DNA of 64,000 bases, taken from the NCBI GenBank assembly GCA_951406725.2, contig OX597815.1, positions 37,014,001-37,078,000 on the forward strand. Direction: 5' to 3'. Both the position numbers and the translations under genes were made by a program. Below are positions 1-13,010 of this stretch, piece after piece. A model generated the notes under the pieces. The model saw nothing but the letters and a program-made list of their open reading frames with translations. It searched no databases and had not been told where the DNA came from. How positions within the stretch are numbered: position 1 is the stretch's first letter; each line of letters starts with the position of its first letter. Source of the stretch: Octopus vulgaris. Its lineage: Eukaryota.

Positions 1-268
1 ATAAATTCTTAATTACTTTTCATATAAGATGAATCTGATCGCCATAGCAACTATACAGCTTCTCGCGCTCATTCATTACTGTTAAGAGTATCGAATTGCT
101 ATTGTTCACCGTTCAATCTTTCTTGCTGTCATCATTGTCGCTATTTCAATTTGCCTGTCAATCTATCTACCTTTCTATGGATTTATTTATTTATCACTGT
201 TGAAAAGTATATTTGCTTGCATTACTTCTTCTCACCCTTCATATTATCTCCCCTCCTACAGATACGTG

Positions 269-490
<222 letters not shown>

Positions 491-567
491 CATTCAGTCA
501 CACGCCACACGTCACACACCACACGCTACACGCTACACGCCACACGCACCTGAACGTGTATACATGT

Positions 568-700
568 TGGCATAGTCGTCAGATTGTCAGACGAAATGCT
601 TAGTAGTGTCTATTCTGCCTCTTTGCGCTCTGATTTCAAATCTGATTCAGACTGCTTTTACTTTTCATTCTCTATGGGTCAATAAAATAAAGTGTCGGTC
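568..700 (+). mobile_element. Degraded SINE family B copy
   Basis: Diverged match to 10639-10875 (TGGCA..GACGAAATGCTTAG..TTCAAAT..TTTCATTC..GGGTCAATAAAATAA). Confidence 0.5.
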
Positions 701-865
701 AAGAGCAGTGGCTTGGCGGAATTCTTAGAGTATGGGACACTAATTATTTCGGTTCTTTGCATTGTGAGTTCAAGTACCATCTGATGCATAAACGCCTTTA
801 GCAAAGGAATCCAATTTGTCCTTCCCCTCTGAGTAAGCGATAAAAAATAGTACACATACATGTAC

Positions 866-1200
866 TTTTAATTCTTTCAGTCATTGTACTACAGGTATGC
901 TGGGGCATGCATTGAGGCCATTAGTTGATAAATTTGATCCCATTAAAAAATTTAAATCTTGTACTTATCATGGCGAACCTTTTGCTCAAACTAACCAGCA
1001 CCATTTGGCAACCTGTTGGAGGCAAGCACTGACATGCATACGCACGCATATGACAGAATTCTTCATAGTTTCTGTCTATCAAACTCAGAAGATTTTACTA
1101 GCTCGGGTTGGTTACAGTAGAAAACACTTGCCCAAGGTGCCGAATAGTGGGACTGAACCCAAAATCACGTAGTTGCTGAGCGAACTTCTTAATCACATAC
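866..1200 (-). mobile_element. Degraded SINE family A copy
   Basis: Diverged match to 1201-1615 (CACTTGCCCAAGGTGCC..GTGGGACTGAACCC; TTTCAGTCAT tail). Confidence 0.6.
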
Positions 1201-1615
1201 TCTTTACTCTTTTACTCTTTTACTTGTTTCAGTCTTTGACTGCGGCCATGCTGGAGCACCGCCTTTAATCGAGCAACTCGACCCCGGGACTTATTCTTTT
1301 GTAAGCCCAGCACTTATTCTATCGGTCTCTTTTGCCGAACCGCTAAGTGACGGGGACGTAAACACACCAGCATCGGTTGTCAAGCAATGCTAGGGGGACA
1401 AACACACTCACACAAACACACACACGCATATATATATATATACATATATACGACGGGCTTCTTTCAGTTTCCTTCTACCAAATCCACTCACAAGGCTTTG
1501 GTCGGCCCGAGGCTATAGCAGAAGACATTTGCCCAAGGTGCCACGCAGTGGGACTGAACCCGGAACCATGTGGCTGGTAAACAAGCTACTTACCACACAG
1601 CCACTCCTGCGCCTA
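1201..1615 (-). mobile_element. tRNA-derived SINE, family A (full length)
   Basis: Minus strand starts TAGGCGCAGGAGTGGCTGTGTGGTAAG (A-box-like) and GGGTTCAGTCCC (B-box-like); internal TA/CA tract; (GTAAAAGA)n tail; near-identical to 42189-42590 and 42922-43326. Confidence 0.9.
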
Positions 1616-1730
1616 TATTTTCATTACTTCCTATTAAAATATTTTTCTAATTCTACTGATCAATCAGTTCCTTCACTAGTCTACTGATACCAATCGACAA
1701 ATCTTCTCCAAATCCACTTCTACACAAAAA

Positions 1731-1797
1731 TGCTTCAGTGAGGAAACTCCACAGACATTCCTCTCTCTGATGAATTTCCCAAGAATGAAACAGTACT
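1731..1797 (+). ncRNA. Degenerate hammerhead-ribozyme-like motif
   Basis: CTGATGA (1767-1773), stem II ATTT/GAAT, GAAAC, palindrome AGTACT; AGTGAGGAA/TTCCTCTCT pairs 8 of 9; cleavage-site side imperfect. Confidence 0.4.
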
Positions 1798-1913
1798 CAT
1801 CCAGTAGGTGTCGCCCCTAAAAGAAATCAATACAGCCTTGACTTGATGCATTGAGTACCATTTCTTTCATTGTTGTTGCCTCTGTTTCTAACGGAACTGC
1901 CAACCATAACTAC

Positions 1914-2001
1914 GTGTGTGTGTGTATGTGAGTGTGCGTGTGTGTGTGTGTATATGTGTGTGTAGCACTATAGTGCATTTGTTTGTCTATATATTTCTAA
2001 A

Positions 2002-2081
<80 letters not shown>

Positions 2082-2173
2082 AGTCTGTCTATCTATCTAT
2101 CAGTCTGTCTATCTCTCTCTCTACCTACCTACCTACCTACCTACCTACCTACTTACCTGCCTACATTCCTACC

Positions 2174-2212
<39 letters not shown>
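1914..2212. repeat. (GT)n, (TATC)n, (TACC)n, (TGTC)n compound microsatellite
   Basis: Direct reading. Confidence 0.95.
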
Positions 2213-2213
<1 letters not shown>

Positions 2214-2519
2214 CCAGGCCTACTAAAACTGCCGGGCGCACAAACTTACATGTGCGCGTGGCAGGCAGAAGTCTACGTTGTTACCTTAGTGGTAACAAAA
2301 CCACCTCAAGGTCGTCTGCCCAACATTACAGGAACAACAACAACATTACAAGAAAAAAAAAACAAGAAAAAAAAACCCATCAGCAAACCAGCACTGTTAC
2401 CCACACCACCATCAGTACAACTACAGCAACAACAGATGAAACAGCTACACCAACCAACCTAACCAATTAACATCACCATCAGCATCACATCGACATCACC
2501 AAAAAACAGAAGCGGCACC

Positions 2520-2576
2520 AACACCACCACCACCAACACAACCACCGCCACCGCCTCCACCACCACCGCTGCCGCC

Positions 2577-2608
<32 letters not shown>

Positions 2609-2719
2609 CACAACAACCACCGCCACCACCACCACCACCACCACCACCACCACCACCACCACCACCACCACCACCGCCACCACCACCACCACCACCACCA
2701 CCACCACCACCAACACAAC

Positions 2720-2765
<46 letters not shown>

Positions 2766-2896
2766 ACCACCACCACCACCACCACCACCAACCACCGCCA
2801 CCACCACCACCACCACCACCACCACCACCACCACCACCACCACCACCACCGCCGCCGCCGCCGCCACCACCACCACCACCACCACCACCACCACCA
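2520..2896. repeat. (CAC)n/(CCG)n/(CAA)n trinucleotide expansion inside Tx1 ORF1
   Basis: Direct reading. Confidence 0.95.
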
Positions 2897-3828
2897 ATAA
2901 CAGCTACAGAAGCACCAAAACCAGAAAAGAAGAAAAAACTAACCCTTCATCCCCAACATCCTATACATCACATCCCAACAGCCACCAACCAGCACTAACA
3001 ACAGCAATAATATCAACATTAATGCACACATACAAGTCGTCCCCAATACCCTTCCCCTCCAATTTTCTGATTCCTCCGACATGTCGTCTGATGGCCACGT
3101 GGGGGGGGGGCGGGAGAAGAAAAAGGGGAAAAAAGAATGATAACTCCGCCAAAGAAAGCAGGGAGATACACCACTCCCGATAAAATTCCCACCCACAATA
3201 AGAATATCAGCCCCGACACTACAAACATACAAACGCCAAGGGGCCCCACAATGCTAACTGCAATCGACACCAACTATACATCACAGAACAATTTAAAAAG
3301 AACAACCACCCATACACAACACCACCACAAGCCGTCCAAGAATTTGGACCTGGAGATCTCCATTTCCAGCGACTTCGAGGGCCGCTTCCCAATGGTGTCG
3401 GGCGCTGACGAAGAACCCTCGACGACAACAAGACGAACCTCCCCTCCACCCAGACGCTCTGGCCAGTGACCCTCTCCTTGTCCTTCGGATCTGGGAAAAG
3501 TGGACTTCCGCTCCCGACCTGCCATACGTCTCCCAATCCACAGAACGGATGCAGTGAATTATCATCCTTACCCGTCTTGTTGCTTAACAACAACAACACC
3601 ACCACCACCACCACCACCACCACAACAACAACAACAACAACAACACACAAATTTTACACACTACACAAGGCACACACAAATTAATGAAATCTTTCTGCCC
3701 TAATGCGGTCGGGAAATTTCAAAAACATTTGTCAAAATCACTTTACAAGAATCTCCTCACGGAAACTACTGAGGAGGGGAATATCCCATTTCCCTCTTTG
3801 TGTGTGAAACCAAACTTTCGCTAGGTCC

Positions 3829-4600
3829 ATGCTCAGACTAGGTGGTATAAATGTGCGTGGTTTGGGGTCGCCATGGAAACAAGGTTACGTGTTGAATAAT
3901 ATCAAGTCATTAAATGTAGATATGACAGTCATCAGCGAAACCAGACTCTTCAACCCGCGGGCCCTCAAGCCCATGTTCGGCGGACAATTCGACATTTATT
4001 TTTCTCCGCGTCTGCAGAAAATAGACGGCGGTGGTACCGCGGTGCCTTTTCGAAAGGGTCTGGATCTCAAAGTAAGGGCAGTATTCTTAAACCCGGAGAG
4101 TAGGCTGGTCGTCTTGGATGTCGATGGCAGTAATAGGTGTGCTCTTCGACTGATAACGGTATACGCACCATCGTTGTTAGGCTCGTCGGATTTCTTTCGA
4201 CATTTAGAGATTTTTCCTGGGAGCGTCTGTTAGTAAGGGATTGGAACGCTATCTTGGACACGCGTCTAGGTTAAGTAGGTATAGATAGGAAGAGAAGAGG
4301 ATGCAAATGCCTCAAAGACCTGCTCATACGTTTCCAACTGTTCGACAGGTACCGGTTGGACTGCCCGAATGTGCCAATGTGGACATGGACCAACCGCATT
4401 GGGTCGCCCAGAGGTATTCAGATAGGGTATTTTGTAGGACAGCAGATAGGAATAGTGTATCTTGTCCGCAATTTCACATAGCTACATAGATGACAAATTC
4501 GTGACCTGTACGCTCGACTTAGATAAGAATCATAGGCAGGGTCCCGGACACTGGAAGCTGAACGCATCGCTCCCGGCGTGATACTTTTACAGAGACCGGA
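3829..4600 (+). pseudogene. APE-type endonuclease of Tx1 ORF2 (disrupted)
   Basis: MLRLGGINVRGL..ISETRL..GGTAV..ITVYAP, followed out of frame by DWNAILD and MWTWTN. Confidence 0.85.
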
Positions 4601-5931
4601 TTAGTACATTAGTTAGGAGAGCGTTGACGGGAGCCATTGTCAACAACAAAATGGTGGTTTGCCCTAAAGAGGGCAATTAAAGCAGAATCGGTGAGGTATG
4701 GCAAGGGTTTAGCGATAGAATGAAATAAAATAGAGGAAGGCCTAGTTAAGAAATTGAAAGAGGCACTTAGAAGTGGCATCGCAACCAACGTACTGGCGGT
4801 GAGGTTGGTCCTTGACCAATAATTCAACGCCAAACACGAAGGCTGTGTTGTCAGAGCTAGGATGCGAGCCCTAAGAAACGAGGGAACTGGAGCCGCCCGA
4901 GAGGCCCGGGTGGCGGAGCCGCAACGTGGCAACAAAGCCACCTTTTGGTCCTTGATAGACCAACAGGGGTGCGAGTTACTTGAGCTCGAAAGGATGTTTT
5001 GAGTCTTTCAGCAACATTTTGCCCGACTGTTTGGGACAACTGGTGGGTCGGAACGCAGGATAGACTTTAGTGCCTACCTGCATGGCCTGTCACGGCTCTC
5101 GGCAAGAGAGGCGGGGTTTTGTGAAGGTTCCTTTACGGCTGCTGATGTACGGGATGCGATGGAAGGCTGCGTGAGAGACAAATCGCCGAGTTTGGATGGT
5201 CTGCCCTACGAGCTTTATTGTCATATGCCAGTCTTTTTTGGAGATGCCTTTGCAACAGTCTATTGCAACTGGCAACAAAACAGGAGTATCCCCAGTTTTG
5301 TGAGTCGAGGAGCGATGATACTGCTAAAGAAAGACCCAAACAAGGGAAACGTTATAAATAATTTCCGGCCTATCATTGCTCAATGCAGATTTGAAAATTT
5401 TGGCCAAGGTGCTAGCTGAGAGGCTGGCTCTTGTTATCGAGAAACTTGTCGACAAGGCGTAAACATGCGTCGTGCCGGGCAGAAGTCAGTGGGCTTGCAG
5501 CTCGGCACCTGTAGAAGCAAGCCCATGCCATCCAACAACGTCTCCATCGTGGGACACTGGACCGACGGACCGGTTAAATTGCTCGGGGGCTGATTCAGTC
5601 CAGATATCCAAATGGGGAAAGAACTGAGATGAGATATGGAGCAGGGCGACCACTCTCACCCAACTATGGGCTGAGAGAAAGCTATCTCTAAAAGGTCGAG
5701 CTGAGGTGGCGAATGCGTACATCGCTTCCGTCATCTACTAACGTCTGACCGTTGTGCCTTGTTTCGACCCTACCATCACGAAACTGGAACGCACATTCTT
5801 CCGCTTTTTGTGGAGGGGAAGCGTTCCGATGGTTGCTCCATTTGCTATCAACATCTGCAAAATGGAGGACTTGGTCTGCCGTAGTTGATGATGCGTAGAC
5901 ATGTGCTGAGACTGCGACATCTCCAGCGTTT

Positions 5932-5971
5932 CATAGATAGATAGACAGATAGACGGATAGAAGATAGATAC

Positions 5972-6003
<32 letters not shown>

Positions 6004-6135
6004 GTAGGTAGGTAGATAGATAGACAGATAGACAGATAGACAGATAGACAGACAGATAGATAGACAGACAGACATATAGATATATAGGTAGATTGATAGA
6101 CAGGCAGACAGACAGACAGACAGACAGGCAGATAA

Positions 6136-6200
<65 letters not shown>

Positions 6201-6205
6201 CAAGT
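5932..6205. repeat. (GATA)n/(GACA)n microsatellite
   Basis: Direct reading. Confidence 0.97.
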
Positions 6206-6741
6206 AGACAATATTTCTTTTTGCAATTAACATAATATCGGTTTTATCATAATATTGTCGAAAACGGAGAGTTTTTCAGCGTTTTCGCTATTATTCTCTA
6301 TCCACTCCCTTCCTTTACTCAATCTATTTAAATCTCTCTCTTTTCCCTTCCCTCCCCTTTCTCTCCTCTGTGTCTCATTGTCTTTAAGTGTCCGCCTTCC
6401 TTTAACGCGTTATTTTTCTCGCGTTTAACGCGTTATATTTCTCTTACCTCTCAGCGCTATCAATCCCTCCTTCCCTCCCCCTCTCTCGCTCTCTCTCTCT
6501 CTCTCACCCCTCCTCTCTTACTTCCTCCTCTTGGCAGCTTTGCTTCTCACTTCAACTACACTTCTTCTGCTTCTGTCCTTCCCCTCTCTCCCGCTTTGTC
6601 ACTTACAGCCACTCTGCTTAATACTTTTTATTTCTCCTTTTCTTTGTACCTCTCCCTTCAACCTTTTTACCTCTTCCTTCGAAGTAAATGTGACACACAA
6701 CGTACAAAATCAGACAAAATTAAGCGTATTGATATCATTGA

Positions 6742-7663
6742 TTAGTTTCAACCATAGGCTGCGGCCATGCCGAAGCGCCGCCTTTCAGTGTAATTGAGCT
6801 TCGTTTTTGAGCTTTGTTTTTGGTGAAGTAGCGAGTTGGATGGAGATGCTCCCCTTTGTGCCACCTACCGTGATGAGGGTTCATCTGAGACATCAGATAA
6901 CAATTTGTCCAGACGCTTTTTGAAGACCTCCACTACTACTCATCGCAAATCTGTGAGGTTATTGGCAGGATGTTGAATAATTGTGGACCTTTGAAAACCA
7001 AGCTGTTACAGTACTAGTTCCTTATTTTTGATAGAGAAGACAGGATCTTTGGTACTATACAGTGTCGTCCAGTTTGGTGTTTGGCATAACTCTCAGGTCC
7101 AAAATTGGGAACTTGACCGTCCAGGATCTTCCATATGTATATCACTGCATATCTTTCTCGCCTTCTCTCTAGGGAGTAGAGCTTTAGTTTCTTTAGCTTC
7201 TCCCAATAGCTCATGTTTCACTGAATCAATCGTTTTCGTACAGTGGAGCTGCCTCAAGTTCCGCCACCAGCTTGATGCTCTGCAGTGACCACAGCTGAGA
7301 GCAGTAACCCAGACGACTGAGAACGCAAGTTATCCATAGGAGTAGCATGGAATCCTTTTTGCTGGTCCTGGATGATCTCACGATCTGTCCAACTATTTCT
7401 CTGCAATGTTGCCAGATTGTTAATATGCAGATAGAATGTTGTATTATTACTCATGTGATTCGCTACGTCACGCACCGACTGTGTCTCTGGGATTGCACTA
7501 CCCCTGGTACTGTGTATTCCGATTGTAGTCTGTTTGTGGGTCGATAACAAGAGCGCTTGAGAGTTATCAGCATTGAACTGCATATCATTATCATCAGTCC
7601 ATTTGTATATTGCATGCAAAGCATTTTGCAGGTTTAGTATATCATCAGGGTCCTTGACCGCCA

Positions 7664-7665
<2 letters not shown>
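6742..7665 (-). mobile_element. CR1/L2-group LINE, 3' fragment (degraded)
   Basis: IYKWTDDNDMQFNA; SYWEKLKKLKLYSLERRRERYAVIYIWKIL; same family and tail as 29525-30090. Confidence 0.8.
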
Positions 7666-7717
<52 letters not shown>

Positions 7718-7720
<3 letters not shown>

Positions 7721-7860
7721 TTTATGTACACTGTTTTGTTCTATATTATTATGTTTGACCTTAAAGTTTCTTATATGGTGGTTTAATAAAGTATGTGATT
7801 GGGTATTATCTGGTAATTGATATTTGATTTGGATGTATTTCTCCATTTTCTTATTTTGTA
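7718..7860. mobile_element. Fragment of Penelope-like repeat (copy of ~16331-16473)
   Basis: Near-identical to the 16.3 kb repeat; flanked by (TA)n on both sides. Confidence 0.6.
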
Positions 7861-7861
7861 T

Positions 7862-7895
<34 letters not shown>

Positions 7896-7898
7896 CAA

Positions 7899-8361
7899 AT
7901 TGCCAACGAAGTTTGCGTCCTATACGGGAGAGTACTACAGACGTTTATAGCCTCAGGAAGACATCTCTTCCAGCTGGCTAACGACATACATTCTGTGTCC
8001 GATTAGTATTTGCGAGGGAAGATCATCGTTCCCATCCCTAGCCTTACGTGATACACATGGACTCGAGTTTCTGGGTGGCTGCCCGTCCTCAGCATGTGTT
8101 AATCACCAGCTAGTGTTGAAAACTTACTCAACTCACAAAATACTATATGCTTTTTTTCAGCGACAGTTTGTCGCTGATCTCGAAAAAGGAGAAATAAGCT
8201 ATATTAAATCTCTGAGCGAGATATAAACAATAGCAATACGGGATCGAAACATATGATTGTCAACCAAGTGTGGCGTTCTTTACAGAACAGTGCTACTGAC
8301 GTTTATAGCCCCAGGAAGATATCTCTTCCAGCTGAGTAACGACACACATTCCGTATCCGAT
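7899..8361. repeat. Pair of ~105-bp diverged direct repeats (7899-8003, 8256-8361), probably inside a non-autonomous DNA element
   Basis: Shared GACGTTTATAGCCYCAGGAAGAYATCTCTTCCAGCTG..TAACGACAYACATTC. Confidence 0.6.
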
Positions 8362-8745
8362 GACCTCCCATCGCAAATACTAATCGGACACAGACAACGG
8401 GAAGGGGGGAAGGAGGGAGGGAGGAGGATACTATCAAAGCATGTAATTGAATAAAGCCTTTAAAGTTAGTGTCCCAGCAAGACCACATTCCAGTGTCAAA
8501 CACGTGCAAAATAAATATCTGTATCGAAGTTAAAATCATCACTAACAATATGAGGAAAAGAGTAAATCCTCGTTGCCTACCTCGCAACTGATGGCAAACA
8601 TTGCTAAAACAAACAGAGGCAGTGAAGTAGTGAAATGTGAAGAGAAGCCAATGAAATGAATACTGGAACTAAATCAGAATGTTAGCAGTGAGTAACTATT
8701 ATTCAAGTGATGTAAAAATTATATATATATATATATCTGTGTACA

Positions 8746-8778
<33 letters not shown>

Positions 8779-9177
8779 AACGACGCTAAAAATATGGTAA
8801 AAGCTTGGAAACTACAGAATTGAAATGATTGATGAAAAAATTGACAGAAAGGTCAGAATGAAGATGACTGGTTGGAGATAAAGGGATGAAAAAGTGGGTT
8901 ACTTTTCAAATTAAATGAAGAAAGGACAAGAAGTTATTGAGTGTAATTGACAGGAAAAAAATCAGCACCCATAAATAAATACATAGACACGACAAGAGAG
9001 AAATAATGCATATATGTGCCTCATAATTGAGCCAGGCAAGTAGGCAGACAGATAGATAGATAGATAGATAGATTGATAGATAGATAGATAGATAGAGAAA
9101 GAGAGCGAGAGAGAAAGAGTGAGGAGAGAAAGTGGGAGGTAGGGAGAGAGAGACAGGTAAGTAGGTAGATGCATGGA

Positions 9178-10150
9178 TTTCTTTATTAAACTACACAGGG
9201 CCGAACACAGAGGGGACAATACAATGTAGAATTTTTTTCAAAACTGATCAATAGGGATCGAAAATGCTTTGTACACAAAGGATAATAAAGTGTTATTTTA
9301 ACAAATGAAATCCCCAAGAGGGGGATGCAAATAAAACACTGACTAGGGTTATTCGTGGAAAGAAAAAAACCCACGAAAAGTACCACGGTAACCTCAGAAA
9401 AAACCATGAGAGCAAAGCGCCCTTAGACATTTGATATTATAGGTTCGTGCTCAAAGTGAGTCCTTTATTGATGCGTAACACCCTTGCTACATTCACCCAC
9501 TTTTATTGAATTTTTCATTAGACAAAATTTCCCTCTCTACTCTCATCTTCCATTTCAAGTAATACTTGAAAAAGTTGATGAGAGGTTTGCCAGAGAGGAA
9601 AGCATCTGTCGCTAAACCTTTCAAGCGAGTCCACCATACACATTCTTTCGCCATAGCCTGTACGATGAAAACTGCCTTGCCTTCCCGGTTAAAGGAAGGT
9701 GGCGGGGCAATATTTACGATAAAGTCGGCTGACAACTGGACTCGTCCCACACCTGACAGCAGCTGTTCGACATGAGCCCACTGGTCTGAAATATTTGGAC
9801 ATTGCAGAACGGTTTCGACGTTGTGACCGCATCTCGAGCAACTCAGTTTGGTGTTTCTTGATCCGTGTCTCTAGACCTTATCTCGAACAAGTAATGCTCC
9901 CCGACAGCACTTCCAGACCAGGGATCTCTGAAAATTGTCCATAGGTCCTGGTCCGAAAATGGTCTCGAAAAGAAGAGTTAGGTATTCCCTGTCGACGCCC
10001 AGAGTCTCCCCAAGAACGTCGTCGGACCTCCCCTCCACTAATCTGCTACAGAACGCCTTGGTCGAATTGAAATCTTACAAGTTTGAACCCTGATGGCAGA
10101 GCTGCTGGAGAGCATGGCGACACTCACGGTGCCATTCGGCCAACTACGTC
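9178..10150 (-). mobile_element. Tx1-clade LINE 3' end (C-terminal region + 3' UTR)
   Basis: FNREGKAVFIVQAMAKECVWWTRLKGL..LINFFKYYLK; homologous to 33040-34215. Confidence 0.85.
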
Positions 10151-10248
10151 TTGCAAACAGCGACCACAGCATGTGTGTGTATGTGTGTGTGTGTGTGTAG
10201 CACTATAGTGCATTTGCTTGTCAATATATTTCTAAATACATACATGAA

Positions 10249-10307
<59 letters not shown>

Positions 10308-10638
10308 CTGTCTGTCTGTCTGTCTGTCTGACAGTTATTCTGTGTGTTTGCCTCTCTCTCCAACACACTCTGTCTATCTGTCACTGTCTGAGCAGATAGC
10401 TGAGGATGTTACTGTTACTTTTCTACAGTTAGACTGATGTATACATCGAAACAAAAGTAGATACACAGACCAAAAGAAAAGTAGATACATAGATCGAAAG
10501 AAAAGTAAATACATAGATGCATACAGACATTGTTGAATTAAAAGCGGGAGAGAGGAGTGACACAGAGGAAGTGAGAGAGAAAGAGAAAAAGTGAGACAGA
10601 CAGTAGGTACATAGATCGAAAGAAGAGTTGATACATTT

Positions 10639-10875
10639 GGCGGCAAGCTGGCAGAAACGTTAGCATGCCGGGCGAAATGCTTAGCCGTATTTCGTCTGCC
10701 GTTACGTTCTGTGTTAAAATTCCACCGAGGTCGACTTTGCCTTTCATCCTTTCGAGGCCGATTAAATAAGTACCAAGTACGTACTGGAGTCGATGTAATC
10801 GACTTAATCCCTTTGTGTGTCCTTGTTTGTCCCCTCTACGTTTAGCCTCTTGTGGGAAATAAAGAAATAAGAAAT
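10639..10875 (+). mobile_element. tRNA-derived SINE, family B (monomer, Tx1-like tail)
   Basis: GGCGGCAAGCTGGCAGAAACGTTAG head; GCCTTTCATCCTTTCG..AAATAAGTACC core; tail ..AATAAAGAAATAAGAAA; possible TSD GTTGATACA; sits next to a degenerate 24-bp minisatellite (~10440-10635). Confidence 0.88.
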
Positions 10876-10954
10876 GTTGATACACAAATACATAGACACA
10901 TTGTTAATACAGCAAATATTGGATGTCACTTTCACTTATCATTACCACATGAAT

Positions 10955-11697
10955 ATAAAATTAACTCGCAAGTGACTGAGTACTCCACAGACATGCATAC
11001 CATTAACATAGATCCCAGGGAGATTCAACCTCACACAGAATATGACAAGGCTGGCCCCTTTCAGTTACAACTACAACTAATTTTGGCCAGCTGAATGGAT
11101 TGGAGCAAGATAAACTTTCAAGTGGTTGGAAGAAAAAGAAAACAAGATTCTATATAGGGGCAGGAAAATATTTTTAGTCATTAGAGTCACTATGGGTGTT
11201 AATCCGGTCCTAACAGCGGCATTTGTAGGTCTCACATATCTGGAGGCTAAGCCCCCAGATAAACAACGATGCGCAGGCTGCTGTTATCAAACTGAGCGTA
11301 AGTCCAGGGCGAAGTCACTACACGACAGTAATAACAATTATTTCATCTTAGCTTTCACTGCTTACACTAAACAACATTTTTGCCTTACGATATGGAACAT
11401 TTCCTTATCTTTCACTCTTTAAAAAAAAATAGCTCTCCATCGGTTACGACGCCGAGGTTCCTGTTTATCTGATCAACGAAACAGTCTACTCGTAAAATTA
11501 ACGCGCTAGTGGCTGGTTCTCAAGGGGATTTAGCCCCACACAATGTGACAAGGCTGGTCCCTTTGAATTACAGCTACAACTCATTTTTGCCAGCTGAGTG
11601 GACTGCAGCAAGGTGAAGAATACAGCACGCCGCCCGAAATGGTACTCATGACTTTACGATCGTGGGCCGAATACCTCCAGCCACTGAGCCACGCACT
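10955..11697 (-). mobile_element. Two degraded SINE family C fragments (10955-11115, 11433-11697)
   Basis: Reverse-complement matches to 18531-19169 and 20601-20862 (GACAAGGCTGGYCCCTTT; TTTTGCCAGCTGAGTGGACTG). Confidence 0.7.
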
Positions 11698-12184
11698 CTC
11701 TCTTCACTCTCTGAACCGTTGACAAAAGGAGTGAATCAATAGAGACAAAGAAAGGAATTTCTCAGTCATTTAAAATGACAATTAGACTGAAATACGATCA
11801 ATCTTTTCTGAAAAGACATTTAGTAATGAATAGATGGAAGTCATTCAGATGTTTACGTTTTCATTCTGGGACTTCTAAAACAATCTACTGTTAGTTCTTT
11901 CTTCTTTCCCCCATCTCCGGTACTTATTCGCCTTCTTTCATAGTTCCTCATATCTTTCAGTTGGAGGGAAAGGCCATGTTTTCTTCGGGCACGTTTAACG
12001 TTTCCTTTAAAAACTACAAACAAATCCCACTTTCTTCTGGTCTGGATTATATAAAACTATTTTACTATTTACATCCAATATAAAGACCCGGCAATCAAAA
12101 TTATGCAACTAGAAATTGTTGAAATAATTTTTCATTACTAAATAAGGAACAGTTTAGTAATTGGTGATTAAAAGATGTTTTCGA

Positions 12185-12372
12185 AGGAATTTTAGATCGA
12201 TGTTAAGCCTCTGCCACCTTGTTTTCGTTTTAGGTTGAGGCGGTCAACGTCACTGTTTATGTGGAAATTATGTGTACTTGTTAGTATCTTTCGGGTTTTC
12301 ACATAAATGGCTCGGATATCATCAAGCGTCCAATCAAGCAGCCCAAATGTTGGTATGATACTGGCACTGCTT
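12185..12372 (-). mobile_element. R4/Dong-type LINE RT fragment
   Basis: IIPTFGLLDWTLDDIRAIYVKTRKILT..HINSDVDRLNLKRKQGGRGL, homologous to the 48088 ORF. Confidence 0.75.
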
Positions 12373-13010
12373 GTATGTATGTATGTATGTATGTATGTAT
12401 GTATGTATGTATGTATGTATGTATGTATGTATGTATGTATGTATGTATGTATGTATGTATGTTTGTATGTATGTATGTATGTATGTATGTATGTATGTAT
12501 GCATGCATGCATGCATGTATGTATGTATGTATGTATGTATGTATGTATGTATGCATGCATGCATGTATGTATGTATGTATGTATGTATGTATGTATGCAT
12601 GCATGCATGTATGTATGCATGTATGTATGTATGCATGTATGTATGTATGTATGTGCGTATGTGTGTATGTATGTATGTATGAATGTATGTATGTATGTAT
12701 GTATGTATGCATGCATGCATGTATGTATGCATGTATGTATTCATGGATGTATGCATGTATGCATGTATGTATGTATGTATGTATGTATGTATGTATGTAT
12801 GTATGCATGCATGTATGTATGTATTTATGTATGTATGCATGTATGTATGCATGTATGTATGTATGTACACACACATACATAACACCTGTGTTATGTATAT
12901 GTGTGTATGTATGTATGTATGTATGTATGTATGTATGTATGTATGTATGTATGTATTTATGTATGTATGCATGTATGTATATATGTACACACACATATAC
13001 ATAATACCTG
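12373..13010. repeat. (ATGT)n/(ATGC)n microsatellite, ~640 bp
   Basis: Direct reading. Confidence 0.97.

Larger units (their letters stand above)
2213..5931 (+). mobile_element. L1/Tx1-clade non-LTR retrotransposon, degraded, RT core deleted, 3' end missing
   Basis: Frameshifted ORF1 zinc knuckle ([15 protein letters not shown], ~2276-2322); Thr/Pro-rich ORF1 with (CAC)n expansion; ORF2 endonuclease from 3829; RT motifs KSPSLDGLPYELY and NFRPI; many stops. Confidence 0.85.
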
